A stretch of 55,949 nt of DNA, the filler included, from Circinaria calcarea (lineage: Eukaryota), in the NCBI GenBank assembly GCA_051942165.1. It is 4 parts of 4 records of this genome, joined end to end, with 100 filler letters (N's around TTAATTAATTAA, not from the genome) between each part and the next. Parts side by side here need not be neighbours in the genome. Positions count along the whole stretch, not along the records: positions 28,076 to 41,969 come from JAVECS010000467.1; positions 42,070 to 55,949 come from JAVECS010000468.1; 2 more parts are not named here. One strand, 5' to 3'. A program made the position numbers and the translations under genes. The notes beneath the pieces are model-generated. The model saw only the letters and a program-made list of their open reading frames with translations, was not told where the DNA came from and ran no database searches. Shown one piece after another: positions 32,014 to 45,338 of this stretch. How positions within the stretch are numbered: position 1 is the first letter of the stretch; every line of letters begins with the position of its first letter.

Positions 32014-35000
32014 TTACGACAAGTGGAACGCACCTTGTCCTTCCCTGATGGCCGTGTACAATCTTTTCCGCATCACATTCAGGTCGGTGTAGTCCGGTAG
32101 CTTAAGATAGTTGACACACGTCATGACGCTAGGGAGATAGTCATCAGACGTATAAGGAGGCTCACTCGGCTTGCACACGACGGTGAACATGGGAGTCAAA
32201 CTTTTGAAACCTATCTGATGCGTTAGCTGAGGTGCCTCAAAACGAACGCTAGCGGTACTGACCCCCGATGGGCAGCTTTGGACTTCCAGTTACAAATTGG
32301 AGGAAGTCGCGCCGCTGGGGCGGTGTGAGCTCGCTCATGGTTTGCAGTAGATTTCGGACACTCTTGCTGTCCATGTTGAAGCCGTGATCGGCCTTGATAG
32401 AATCCATAAGTGCTAGAGCAGCAGAGTCAGCCACAGCCAAGATTTGATAAACCCTATACTCACTTTCGATGGTCCAGTCCTCCTCAATTCTCCCAAACAA
32501 CATCACTAGCTCGGCAGGTGTGAATGCCTTCAAGGCAGAGTAAGGGAACACTTGAGAGAAACCAGTCCTGAAAGCATCAAGTTGACGCTGAATCCCACTA
32601 CCGAGTGTGAAGTCGATAACCTTATCGACGTAGTGACCGACATTTTCAATCGTTACTGGTATATTAGCTCCGTTTTCCTTCAACTCAATAGCAGGATACC
32701 CTGGCAGGGTAAAGTCTAAACCCATGTCCTCGACGCCCATGCCTTGTATCTTGATTTTATGGGCAGCATGGGCTTTCTGTGCAGCGGAAAGATGCGTACT
32801 CTCATCAATCCGCTTCTTCGCATTTGCAAACTGCTTGACGATCTTCATGGACTGCGCAAGATCGGTATCAACCGTCTTAATGGCTGCCAAAGACAACGGT
32901 ATCGTACTATTGCGATCACCAATTCTAAAGAAGGTTGGGTTGAACGAAACGTCGATGATTCTAGAGTCGAGCATGGATCTGGCTACGAATTTTCCAAGCA
33001 TTTTGAAATTATGAAGTATCTTCTGACCGCTTTCGCTTTCGGCTTGTTGAGCACTCATTGGAGCCGGAAACAAGCCAAGCTTGCCGAAGGCGTACTCATC
33101 CTTTTCACTCGCTTCGTTTTCTCTCCACAACTTGATCTTCTTCTTGGAAAACTCCTTGGAGACAGTAGAGTAGAACTCCAAAGTCGGACCTAATCCTGTA
33201 CCAACCTCTTCAAAATATTCGACCTCTAAGACGCTCGGTGAGGCTCCATAGAGTTCCATGACCTTGACCGCAGAGTCCAAGATACGAGTCCGAGAAATAC
33301 GAACCTTTTGACGCTGTAATCTTCCTAAGAATGGCCGGTCATCACGATGACGATCTCTTCGTGTGTCGTCGGTAGATTGGGCATTCTGCCATCTCGTCAT
33401 CGAGCGCGAATACCCAAAGGAAGTTGATTGAAGAAACAGGTGCCTAGTTTCGAAAGGAAAAAGGAAAGGGTAGAGGCGAGCAAGGTCTTCACTCCAGCTC
33501 GGGAGACAGTTGCTCGCCACAATCAAAGGCTCTTCTAGCTGTCTGTTTAATTTTGCCGTGAGTTTAGTGTTAACAAACTGTGCTAACGGCTCGGCGCTAA
33601 TCTTTGCCGCAACTTTCCTCTCCTCTAGGACATCATCCAAGTTGGCATTGAGCTCGTGAAGAATGTCCAATAAACGGAGTATAGCTGATGTAGCCGGATG
33701 TTCGTGTAGAGAAGACGGCATACTGACCGCTTCTGTAGCTTCCGGCGGCGGTGTCAACGATGATGGCTCAGGAGACGGAGGACCGGCAACTTTCTTGAAC
33801 TTGATTGGGTGAATTGCAGACCACACGTTCCTAGCAGCTGACTCATCGGGCTGTGGTCTATTGTGATGCACAGCACGATATATGGTTGTCTCGTTAGCGA
33901 TTGGCTCATTGTCAATACTGAATTCAATATGCCAGTCTTGTGGGACTGCTTGTATCGCAGCGGCATACGACATCGGCCGATTGGCTATCGAAGGTGTCGC
34001 TGCATTGACAGCGGGAGCTCGAGTGCGTGACGAAGGCGGTCCCTGTAAAGAAGCTACCGAGCCCTGAGAGGGTGTTGGGATTCGGGTTCCATCTTCTTGC
34101 CGTGCAGTTACCTTCCCCGTGGAAGCGATTTCCATATTGACGGCAGTAGGATCTGGCAGCTGACTGCCTTCCATGTCATCTTCCAGATCGTCCACGAAGG
34201 CCTCTAATGCACTGCTATCTTCCATGTTTTCCTCATCTATGAGTTGTCTCTCGTCTGCACATTCTAGTAGGTCCTGGGCTTGCTCCGCTGGTGGAACCGG
34301 ATTGGTAAGAGCGGCCTGAGAACTCGGTTGGTGTCGTCGGCTCGATCGTCGCGTGCTTGCAGGCTTTTCACCAGGTTTCACTTCGTCAGCTGGCGATGTT
34401 ACTGAGGCGGTCGTTGCCTTAGTCTTGGACAGTTTGCGTGGAGATTTAGGGGCAGAGGCGGTGCTCGAAGGAGTTGGCAAAGATGAAGGAGCTCCAATGT
34501 TCAGCAGACCCCGTTCTGCAAGCCGCTGATGAGGGTTCGATATTCCAGCAGCAGCAGCAAATGCGGCCAGTGCGCTTGAAACGCCCTCGTGATGTCTGGC
34601 ACCTCGAGGTCTCTCGGCAAGACTAATTCGAGGACGGAGATAATCGTCCAGGGCTTTGAATGTCGCAATTGCATGTATGGATACCATGATATTTCGATAT
34701 GGTCGAGGAATCTCAGAGTCGTCATCGGCAACAAGTTTGAGGCGCAGCTGCTTGGCCAACATTGAAGCAGCGCTGCTACGGTTGCTGTCAAAGGCGTTAT
34801 GGTGTACAGTGACGACCTCAAAATGTTCGGAACGACTAAGCAGGTCTTGCAACTTATGCACAAGCACACCGAAAGCAGTAGCAGATGTATTAGTGGTATG
34901 CGGCGTTTGCACATCCGTACCCATGAAGACTTCAAGAAATGCTGATTTAGCTTCTGAGCTCAAGATGTCTGTAATGGAATTGTATTAGCACAAATCATGT

Positions 35001-37912
35001 TAATCACTAAAGACGCTTACCGTCGGAGTTGCTGAGAATATCCAGCAATACTTGAACAATCTCGGAATTCAAGAGTTCAGAGCTTGTTATGCTCTCTAAC
35101 GCATCACCGCTGAAATACTTGGAGAGCCGTGAGAATAGCATCGAAGCCTTTCCAGTGCGATCACCTAGATAGCAGTTTCGGATGGCTTTAGCCAGGGTTT
35201 GGACTTCGTCGAGAATCCCAGTTGCTTTCTGACGCATAGCTGTCCCTTGGGAATTTTCATGTTTCTCTAAAAATTTCTTTGCCCGAAGTGCAACATGATC
35301 CTGAAGACTATTCGTAGGTGGCGGTACAGGGTAGTTATGATCTGAGGAAGACGATGTGCTAGGTGATGCTGAAATGTCGTCGTGAACTTCGTTAGGTTCG
35401 TCGTCATCATCACCGTCGTCATCTCCGTCGTCATCCTCATCATCTTCGTCCTCGTTGGCGTGGTTTTCCTCTACTAATTCTCCTCCCGCACTCTTCTCGC
35501 CTGGGTGTTCCTGCGTTTCCCTTTTGACAGCTGGTTGCTCGATCTTTGGTGTTGCTTCATCCGGTTCAACCTTGATAGCCTTCGATTTACTCCCTTCTAC
35601 AGTTTTGACTTGGTGTGCCAATTTTGAGACTTCAGCAATGACACCTTCTCGGTAGAACTGATATCGGTATATTGATTCGAGCCGAACCAGCAATAGCTCT
35701 GCTGCCTGCAGAGCAAGAGTGACAAGCATTGGATGATCTTGCTGAGAGAGTATTGATGCGAGATAGGAAGCGTAAGGTACGGTTCGAAGTGCGTTTTCTA
35801 GAATGGAGGTATCCAGGTTCGACAACATTTTGAGCTGAGCTGTGAGTACCTTCTGCCGGACGCTAAGATTCACGGTACTCGAATAAGCATGGGTCAGAGT
35901 AGGTAGAAGTACTGTTGCAAAGCGTTTGAGCTCTTCTTTGCACCCCTTGAGCAGTTCGACCCTCTTAGCGTTGGGTGATTTCTTTGACCTGGATTCAACG
36001 ACGGCAACCAGCTCATCCGCATTGTAGCCTGAATCAAATGTATCATCTTCGAAGGATAGGCCTTCCGTGGACACACCAGGTAGTAATTCGCAGATCACGT
36101 TCAAAGTCTCGTAGATTTGCTCTCGGGGTCGGTGAATCAGGGCCTGCATAATGATAACGCCATCGATCCCAGAGGCCACGTCTTCGCTCCCTGCTGGTGG
36201 TGATACACCTGTGAGTATTTGATATAGCGTGTCGACAACGTCCATTTTGAGTAGTTCTGTTGAGAGTGAGGGACTGGCACGAGCTGTAATGGCAAGCACG
36301 CGGAGAAATTGCGTGTGGATTTTCGGTCCAATAAGATTGGTAGTTCCCGGGAGTAGGAGTCGGAGAATTGCCTTGAGTAGGTCTGTGCTTACTAGCTCTT
36401 CAAGCTTCGCCTGTTGGTACTTGAAGCTCTCGACTACTCGAGATACGCATAGTGAGCCTTGTTCGACAACCTTCTGGTCATTGCTTCCGAGAACATTGAG
36501 CAGTATTGGCATAACATCCCGGACTACAGGGAAAGAGTCGTCCGGTATATTCCTGCAGCAGTTGGCCGCGGTCGTTACAGCTGTCCTCTGGGTGCTTGTT
36601 GCAAAGAAATCAAGGTATGTAAGGCAAGCAGTGAGGCCGCCTTCGCGGACAATGAAAGCCGGAAATTCGACCGAAATCTTCTCCAATGTCTAAATGTTTG
36701 TCAGCCATTGCACTTGAAAATTGATGAACTATGATTGCGTACACTCAACGCCTGTTCGGCTAGATCAATAAAATGAATCTCCAGCAGCTTTTGACAGAGA
36801 ACTGGCACAGCACCTCCGTATACGACATTTGCTGTTGCCGGCGGTAAAGCTTCCATGAGATTTGCAATACAGCGGCAGGCGAGGAGCATCATCTCCGGGT
36901 TTTCTTCACCAAACTCGCTAGGCTGCATCAATGTGACGAGCTCTTTGACGAACTGATCTGGGGCGAAATGCCCAGAAAGGTTATCTTCCGTCGAAACAAG
37001 TAGTATTTCGGATAGTTCTTGTAGCGCAATCAATTGAACAGAAGGATCGTCCTTTTGACGTAAATTCTCAAGGATTCCCCGCAGGCGCGATGACACACCA
37101 GATACCATGCCACTCAAAGCACGAAGGGTGCTCGAGATACCACCAGGACCTCCACCTGCACGGCCAAGAAATCCACCTCTGAAGGGATCATTACCATCAT
37201 CGTCATCATCCTCGTCGAAATCCTTACGACCTTCTCCATCTTCATCATCACTGACATCCTTATCTGCCTTGTCACCACTAGAGGGTGCACCGGCGGGTTT
37301 GGCATCTTCGGCGTCCTGCATTGTCACATCTTCGGATTTCTTAGTAGAGGCTTTCTTGGGTCGCCGTGTTGAAGTTGAGGTGGCAGGAGGAGATGGATCT
37401 GAGGGAAAGTAAGCAATCTTGCGTCAAACCAAGATCTAGGAGATATGAGTAACCTTGCACGGTCTTCTTATTACGACCTGACTTCCGCCTAGATGAAGTT
37501 GTTACTTTTGCAGAAGTAGAGTTACTGTCCGGAGGTTGTTCGGAAGACGGCCTACTAGTTTGTTAGTGTCAGCCTTTAGGTGGAAAAAACATCTTACTTA
37601 CCCCGAAGCTGACATGGCTGTGGAAGGTTTTTCCCTTTTACGACGGGATCGTGGGGCCGGGGCCGTGGAGGTTGGCGGAGCGGGTTCGGCTTCGACTTCG
37701 GGTTCTTCTATCTTCTGTCTCTTCGTACGTCGAGCTGGAGTAGTCTTGACTGGCTCTGCGGGAATCACTGGACTGGGCTCACGATGAGCTGCTGCCTTGC
37801 GTTTACGGGATGGAGGTAGTGGTTGAACGGTGACGGGAGTCGGGGCTTGAGCCGCGGCCGCTGAAGGATCTGCTGCGAGTCTCGCTGCAGAGCGAGTGAC
37901 TCTGGAAGACAT
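32014..37912 (-). CDS. UFD4: HECT E3 ubiquitin ligase, Ufd4/TRIP12 type; introns about 37601-37552, 37453-37399, 36742-36690, 35020-34969, 32463-32413, 32262-32211
   Basis: ARM-like region ([30 protein letters not shown]), [38 protein letters not shown], catalytic [14 protein letters not shown], terminal FHLS. Confidence 0.95.
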
Positions 37913-39136
37913 GAGAAGCTAATTCTGTACTGAAGGGCAGGCAACGTCCATCTAAAAGGACAGATGCTGACACAAGCCGCTGAGGTAGGTGATGGGTGCG
38001 AGTCTAAGGATGTCGCTGCCCGTGGAGCTCAGATAAGGCACAGGTATTGATCAAGGACAAGCAGAAAGGGTGGTATCTACCTTGATGAAGTAGGAGCTGG
38101 GTGACTGGAGGTGGATGGTGGGGGGTGAATCTGAGAAAGCTCGAACGTTGTGGAAAGAGCAGTTCGCTTGGCCATGCGAGTTTAAGAGGCCATGCCAAGG
38201 CGAGGAGTGAAGTGACTGGGGGGTGTAATCACGCTCTGACTGATGATGTTGCGCCCATCACAGAGTGTCCAAGAAGTCTTAGCTGGAGGTTGATGCGTGG
38301 AAGTGTTGTCGTCGAGATGGGGATGATCAATGTTGGCTTTGATGCCATTTTTCCGTCGACGGAGTAAGGTAAGGCACTCCCTCGGTTAGCGCCGAAGCAC
38401 TTGACACTATCCTTGCCGGGATCCCAAGTACAAGTGCTTTAGGGTTCAGACTTCCGCAAAGCCTTATGGCCGCCTCGACTGACGTGATCGGCCGGCACCA
38501 GAGTGGCGTTCACAGCTTTCCCCAAAGGTAGAGTAACCTCTGTCCACACAAGAGCACACTATCCTACGTCGGGAATGCAATGGGTGACTGCCATATGGAA
38601 TATTCAGAGGGACTTTTAATTTCTACACAGTATAGCATGATTTTCGGTCACAACCCAACCTAAATCTCCCTATTCCACTTTAGGAGAGGGCTTACTAACA
38701 CGGAGTATGGGCACCAATGGGTTCACACACATATTACTACAGGGTTCTCTAGTCCCAGGGTAACAACCAAACTCTCTGTTACCTACCCCACTAAACTTTA
38801 TCTATGACTTTCACTTTAACAATCTTTGCTTGGAGTTCTTCATCCCACGAGTATCTCTCAGCTGCAGACATTGCTATCTTCATGATACATACATATCGTC
38901 GCTTTCTCTCGCCATATCATTTGAATAAGATCTCCAGCCTCTCCGACCTAAAACCAGCGCAGCCGCCATCACTTCTTTGCGTTGCGTCTTACACAGACGA
39001 CGCCCGTTGTTTACTACCCCTTCACGCTCTTCTGTCTGCGCTTCTATAATCATAGATTGCACCTTACTACAACGGCCCGTAAAGTGTTCCGAACCGCACG
39101 CACTCACTCACCAGTCTGCCCTCTCGACTGTCCGCC

Positions 39137-40355
39137 ATGGATGCGCCCCCGACACTAACGCCAGAGCACAGTGGCTCAACGCCTGAACCCGAGTATCTCC
39201 AGACCGGGGATTCAATTTCTCCTGTTGCGCATAGTCTCACTGACTACCGCTTCCCCGATGAGAAAATAAAGGCTGTCATGGACGATTCTTCAAAAATACC
39301 ACTGCTACTGGTTGCCTGTGGTAAGTCCCAATAACTGACTCTTGATGTATGGCCATTGGAAGTTGATGCACGTCAAAGGAAGCTTCAATCCAATCACGTT
39401 TCTGCACCTCCGGTGAGTTATTCGTCGAGGCGGTGCCATCCGTAAAGATAGGCTGATAATCTTCGGAGGCTCTTCGAGATGGCTGCAGATCATGTCAAAC
39501 GTCACACAAACTATGAAGGTAAGTGGGAGAGGATATGTGACTGGATGAGGCTAAGCTGAAACCCCATGATTTTTGGTGATCTTGTCGCTGACTGTTTACC
39601 TTCTTATAGTCATAGGCGGTATTCTATCGCCGGTCTCTGACTTTTATAAGAAAGTAGGACTTGCCAGTGCTGAACATCGGTTAGCCTCTTAATCTGAAGT
39701 CATACAAATAGGTGAGGCTAACATTAACCATAGACTTCGCATGACCGAACTCGCCATCGAAACATCAAGCTGGTTATCTGTAGATAACTTTGAAGCAACT
39801 AGGAAGGAATACACCCGCACTGCCGTCGTCCTCGAACATTGTGACTATGAGATGCGCTCTCGGCAGGGTGTTAGAACTTCTGCGGGGGAGCGAAAAGCTG
39901 TCAGAGTTGCATTGTTAGCCGGAGCAGATCTTCTTTTGACCATGTCTTCACCTGGTAAAAACTAGCCCTATCTGAACATTGTTTTTATCTAACGTCTTCA
40001 AGGAGTCTGGTCAGCTCAAGACCTCGAAATCATCCTTGGACGTTTTGGAGCATTTATTGTGGAAAGATCGGGTACCGATATAGACGCAGCTCTATCACAC
40101 CTACAGCCATGGAAACAGAATATACATGTGGTTCCGCAGTTGATACAAAACGATGTCAGTTCAACTTTGATCCGGCTTTTCTTGAGAAAGGAGATGAGCG
40201 TGAGGTATCTTATACCTGCTCCAGTGATACAATATATTGAAGAGCATGCATTATACGAGGACGATGGCGTTGCATCAAGTACACGTGAACGGCGGCAGGA
40301 GGGAAAGGGTAAACTTCCTGTCAGCCCTCCAGATTCCGAAGGATCTCAAAGCTAA
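39137..40355 (+). CDS. NMA1: Nicotinamide/nicotinate mononucleotide adenylyltransferase (NMNAT), 6 exons
   Basis: Spliced ACGSFNPITFLHLRLFEMA, LSPVSDFYKKVGLASAEHR, LLAGADLL...PGVW, NDVSSTLIR...SVRYLIP motifs; five GT-AG introns. Confidence 0.92.
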
Positions 40356-41245
40356 GCTAAGAGCTGCGATCAATCTCGCCGATTGTACAGCGATACATCT
40401 AAACCGACTTGACGTTTCATGAGGCAAAAGCTTCGAGTTAGCTGTTCCCAAGGCAAAGGCACAATTGCCGACTAAACTCCCGTCGAGTAGTACGTCACTG
40501 CCGGGTTATCGGAGAATAAAATCGAGGCCTAGATTGATCGAGGTATGTGTGGGGAGATGGCTGCTCTTTAATGTTAGGATACCCAATTCCACTAGCTCTC
40601 GTGCATACAGGAAGCGGCCAACTGGGTCAGTCGCTTCCCTGTTCCCAGCCCTACCATTGAAGCACAGAGTGGAAGCTATGGACCTAAACAATGAGGGTCC
40701 ATGCCAAGGCGATCCCCAAAAAGTCTCCTGCTGAAAAACTTACTAGTATTAGATTTTTCAAGAGCGGCGAATATCAAAAGACTTACTCGGAGGGAGGTCC
40801 TTCCGTTGCATGTCTCATATCCTTGTCTTCATGGTCGACCGATTACATACCGAAACAACTGTTGACACAATAGTACTACTTTGGTGTTTATACTTACTCA
40901 ACTATCGACCATTTCTAGAGTGTGTATGCCGGGATGCTAGCAATCAAATATGTTGTGTAGAGACATTGTTATTGCTATTCAAAAATTGTCCACGGTATCC
41001 GATGCCTTATTAGATTGTCCATACCCCTGTTTTGCCGCAACGTTGTTCAGCCCTGTCTCTACCCCGGATTCTCGGAATGTTGAATGGTCCGTGCATAGAG
41101 GTCTCCATGCCATGTGAAAGTGCATCTGCCTATCCCCTAATTGTCCAATCATGAGGAGAACTGACCGTACAGGCCGTGAGGATTACCATAACTATTTCAG
41201 AAGGTGTTGAATGTGGTATCTGTATCCGCTCACTAGTACGTAAAT

Positions 41246-41969
41246 ATGCAGTCATCGCGGTGGGCGAATGAGTCCCCTGCAGGGACAAACACAGCAGCAG
41301 AGGTGAACAGGACTTGTTTTATTTGCTTGTTTTATCTCCTGGCTTACTGGAAGATGTAGCAATCACTGCCCGTAAACCATGCAGACGTCGGTCAATTCGC
41401 ACAGACCCGCCAGCCGGATGATCTCTTCGACGATGACTTTACGCCCATCCCAGCACCCATTGATCAGCCCATCCTGCAACCAACCCCCCACCAGAGGCCT
41501 CAGCATCATAACCACCATGAAAGCTCCATTCGAGGCAGGGCCAAAGGTTACAACAGCAGACCGAACGACCGTCCCCAATCCACCCCAGCACAGCAGACAG
41601 AACCTCCGCCTGCTACCGAAGCTCAGTCATCCATGGACCAGGAGAAACCAAAACCATCGACGCCTGCCGCCCGCGGAAACCGCCTGCCCACCGGCGGTGT
41701 TCAAAAGCCCAAACTCACCGAAGACGAGCTCAGCGCCCGCCTCGAAGCCGCCAGGCTGAACAATGCCCGCCGGGAGGAAGCGCACCGCTTGGCCGAAGCC
41801 GACGAAGCGAGTTTCCAGCAGCGGGAAGCTCAAGCGAGGGAGAAGAGACGCGAAGAAGGCGTCGCGAGGAAGGCGATGGAGGGTGAGAGGGAGAAGAACC
41901 GATTGAGGAAGTTGGGCGCGAGGGGCGGGAGGGAATGGGATGAAGGGAAGAAAGAGGAAGATTTTGGGG
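41246..41969 (+). CDS. Hypothetical protein with charged coiled-coil, 3'-truncated by gap; exons 41246-41302, 41360->41969
   Basis: Phase-0 intron 41303-41359 leads into an open frame with FAQTRQPDDLFDDDF and TGGVQKPKLTEDELSARLEAARLNNARREEAH...EWD. The first exon is inferred. Confidence 0.7.
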
Positions 41970-42069
41970 NNNNNNNNNNNNNNNNNNNNNNNNNNNNNNN
42001 NNNNNNNNNNNNNTTAATTAATTAANNNNNNNNNNNNNNNNNNNNNNNNNNNNNNNNNNNNNNNNNNNN
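41970..42069. other. Artificial scaffold spacer
   Basis: 44 N + TTAATTAATTAA + 44 N. Confidence 0.97.
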
Positions 42070-42312
42070 CCCCCAGCCGTAGTTACTGACCCTTCCAGCC
42101 TAAGATTCAGGCGCAGGACCACCAGCATTAGAGGGGTCCTACAAAGTTAGAGGTTATTGTTTAGCGAGAAGTTACGGTCGGGGGTTGCAAAGTTTTTTGT
42201 CAAGCGCGTGCCTCCGTGCTTTTACAGTATCAGGCTTAGCTTATCGGTGCCGTGCTCCCGAGCATAACAGATTTCTAAGCAAAAAAAAACAAAACCCCCC
42301 AATTCTTCCAAA
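42070..42312. repeat. Dispersed repeat related to the 19.9-20.2 kb element
   Basis: Shares TGCCGTGCTCCCGAGCATA exactly with 20153-20171, plus flanking GGCTTAGC, the A-tract and CCCAATT. Confidence 0.7.
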
Positions 42313-43127
42313 GTTATTTTTACTGGTTTAGCTTGGCTTGGCTTTGGCTTTGGCTGGATTAGCTTGGGCTTTTGGAGATTAGATTACCGGGGGGAGGGAT
42401 TATTTAGGTTTTTATCGGGAGTAGGAGTAGGAGTACCTCCGTACCATAGGAGGGGGTTTTAGATTTAGGAAAGAAAGAAAGAAAACGGCAAAAAGGCATA
42501 TTTGTTATATATGTGTTTGTGCTGTGTTATAATATGATGTACCTATAGCTATGTTATGCTATGCTATTTCAGGGCAATCAAAGTCACCCGGGCCTACGTG
42601 TAAATCTAAAACTATATGCTGTTTTTTTTGGGATATTTGTGCCGTTCCTTTTTATTTTTTTATTTTTTTACACACAAATATATTTTCCGCGTTTGTTCCA
42701 ATGTGGGAATAATGGTTTGGATTTGGGATTAGAAAAGAAACGCCCCAAATTCGAGTATTTTCCGTCAAAGGAGGTATTTGTGGATTTGTGTCATCACAAC
42801 TATTCACTATTCGATACACCAAAAAAGGCCGTTTGAATGCCCTTGCCCCTTTTCCTTCCATGCCCTTGGTTTTTTTAAACTCCGAGCATTCCAACCCATC
42901 CCAGTCCAGCCCAGCGCCATTTTCTTGGAAGCTCCTAACACAAAAAGTGGAAGATGATGACTTTTTCGTAAATTCCAAGAAAACATGAGGTTGAAAAGAA
43001 AAGGGGGAGAAAAGTCATTGCCCAATAAAAACTGCCGCCTGCAACCCTCTGGATCCCAGCGAGAGAACTCGCTCCCGGAATCCCCGTAATAAACCTCACC
43101 CCTCAGGCACGGCGGGAATTACACGAC

Positions 43128-45338
43128 TCAATACCGATCACGGAACCCAATTCCAAAATCTCTCAGAGGCATCCTCATCCGATCCGCAAGACTCGCCCTC
43201 TCGTGTTCCCGTCGATACAATAAATCATCGACGTGCGCCGCCCTCTCCCGTTCTCTTTCCATCTCTCGCTCTTCCTTCAGCCGCTCCCGTTCCATTTGCC
43301 GTCCGCGTTCCATGTCACGCTGTCTCTCCCTTTCCAAATCCTTCTGTCGCTCTCTTTCCTGCTCCCTCCCGCGTTCCATGTCACGCTGCCTTTCCATGGC
43401 ACGTTCCAGCGCGATTTCCTTCTCCTCGGTCGCTCGATCGGACCGATAAGGAATGTCAGACAGCTTCCGAGGCCCGAATAAGGATTCCCGCCTCCCGAGA
43501 CCGGGAGAAGGTAAACCGCCTAGATCATGGTGATGATCGTAGTCCTGGTAACTGCCAACCCTTCGATGAGCTGGGGGACGCTCTCCCCTTGTTGTGTTGA
43601 ATTGCTTAGGGTCAGAAGTCCCTTCCCGAAGAGTGCGCTTAGGTATTATAACATACTCGCCAAAATCGTAACCAGACTTCCGTTCCTTTGGCGACAGCGA
43701 AGGGACTGGTGACCTGCGACGATGTTCCCGATATACCGGTCCCTGATTATCGCGACTGCGATGCGAATGAGAGTCTTTTCTACGATGCTCTTTCCTCGCG
43801 CTCTCGCGGCGAAGTTTCTCTTTCTCCTTTGGCTTTTCCCGTCCACGATGGCTGGAATCAGGCGTCATCACCGTGAAGTTATCAGACGAGTCAGAAGCGG
43901 AGAAGATTGAGTCTTCAGCCCCTGATTCCGATTCATCACTCGTATCAATCACCATCTCTCGCCACTCCTCGACCCGTTTGTGCGGTTTGCCACTCGCCTT
44001 GGGCTTCGCATCGGACTTCTTGGGAGACTTCGGCGCATGATGTGGGGGGATGCATCCTTCTGGATAATAAACCTTTGGAGGACCGCGAGTTTGCTGGAAC
44101 TGCGTTACCGGTGGAGCTGGACCTTTCTGCGGCATGTGGGGGTGGGGGATCCCAGCCATGGGTGGTTGACCGCCAGGGTGCATGCCTTGAGGGCCCATGG
44201 AAGGAGGCATGGGCTGACCCCGACCTGGTTGAATGTGTATCACGGGTGGACGATGGCTATTGGGTAGCATGGGATCATTGACGATATCGACCATCGCAGG
44301 GCGCATACCTTGCTGTGCTGCAGCATGAGGCATGGGAGGACCGCCAGGTTGCCCGCCAGGATGCCCGCCAGGATGCCCGCCAAGTTGTCCTCCAGGATGC
44401 CCGCCAAATTGTCCTCCAGGATGCCCACCAGGATGCCCGCCAGGATGCCCGCCAGGTTGGACTCCGTGAGGCATTGGCATTGGCATCGGCATCTGCATCG
44501 GCATCTGCATCGGCATTGGCCTTGGCTGCGGCTGTTGTTGCTGAGGTTGCATCGCCGGATGTCCTGGCTGAGAGTGGTAGATTTTCTGCGTACCTCGGCC
44601 GTCAATGAACTGACTCGGCAGCTTCATACCCGGTCCTGAGACAAAGGTATCCTTCGCTTTAGCCGTGCCCATATTAAGGTCAACAATGTCCCCAGCCATA
44701 ACTTTGACCTTGTTATTGCTAGTTGACGCTTGGACGACATCTGGCTTGAGGATCCGTTTGACGATGACCTGCATCGACAATATCTCCCGCTTCTGCTCCT
44801 TCGACTTAACGGACGCCAGCTTCCAGGTCAAGCGAGGGTCTTTTTCATTCTCATTCTTTTCTGCGATAAGCCGGTCAACCTGAGCTTTCCTCAGAGGACC
44901 AAGGTCATTGTATTGCTTGGTCACCGACACTCCCTTGGCCTGCTGCTTCCGGATCACACCTGCCAGCTCCTCGTGCGCAAAGGGCATTGCCGTTTTAACA
45001 ACGCGACCCCACGTCTTCTTCCCACCCGCTTCGGGATCCAGTCTAGTGATTGTGAAGCCCTCATAGTACGGAGTGATTTTGCCATTGGAGTCTAGGGGAA
45101 GTGTAGTCTCAGCCTTGGGTGCGGGTCTCGGGTTATCCGGTTGAATCGTCCGAATGATTGGTGGCTGGTGATATTGGGGGCCTTGACGGGGAATGGTATT
45201 CAACGGCTCGGTAGCGTTAATGTTGATGCGTTCGAAGTGACGTTGGACTTGTGGCAACTCTCCATAGCCGGGAAGAGGTGCAAGAGGTGGAGGAGGAGGA
45301 GGAGGGGCCGAGGGCAGGTGATTTATGGGATGATTCAT
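43128..45338 (-). CDS. Hypothetical low-complexity protein (about 736 aa), single exon
   Basis: Long ORF; first ATG in ACC-ATG context at 45338 with a TATA-like box near 45615. One possibly folded domain (YEGFTITR...WKLASV...MQVIVKR), GGHP repeats and an E/R-rich C-terminus. Confidence 0.8.
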   Translation of the reverse strand: MNHPINHLPSAPPPPPPPLAPLPGYGELPQVQRHFERININATEPLNTIPRQGPQYHQPPIIRTIQPDNPRPAPKAETTLPLDSNGKITPYYEGFTITRLDPEAGGKKTWGRVVKTAMPFAHEELAGVIRKQQAKGVSVTKQYNDLGPLRKAQVDRLIAEKNENEKDPRLTWKLASVKSKEQKREILSMQVIVKRILKPDVVQASTSNNKVKVMAGDIVDLNMGTAKAKDTFVSGPGMKLPSQFIDGRGTQKIYHSQPGHPAMQPQQQQPQPRPMPMQMPMQMPMPMPMPHGVQPGGHPGGHPGGHPGGQFGGHPGGQLGGHPGGHPGGQPGGPPMPHAAAQQGMRPAMVDIVNDPMLPNSHRPPVIHIQPGRGQPMPPSMGPQGMHPGGQPPMAGIPHPHMPQKGPAPPVTQFQQTRGPPKVYYPEGCIPPHHAPKSPKKSDAKPKASGKPHKRVEEWREMVIDTSDESESGAEDSIFSASDSSDNFTVMTPDSSHRGREKPKEKEKLRRESARKEHRRKDSHSHRSRDNQGPVYREHRRRSPVPSLSPKERKSGYDFGEYVIIPKRTLREGTSDPKQFNTTRGERPPAHRRVGSYQDYDHHHDLGGLPSPGLGRRESLFGPRKLSDIPYRSDRATEEKEIALERAMERQRDMERGREQERERQKDLERERQRDMERGRQMERERLKEEREMERERERAAHVDDLLYRREHERASLADRMRMPLRDFGIGFRDRY

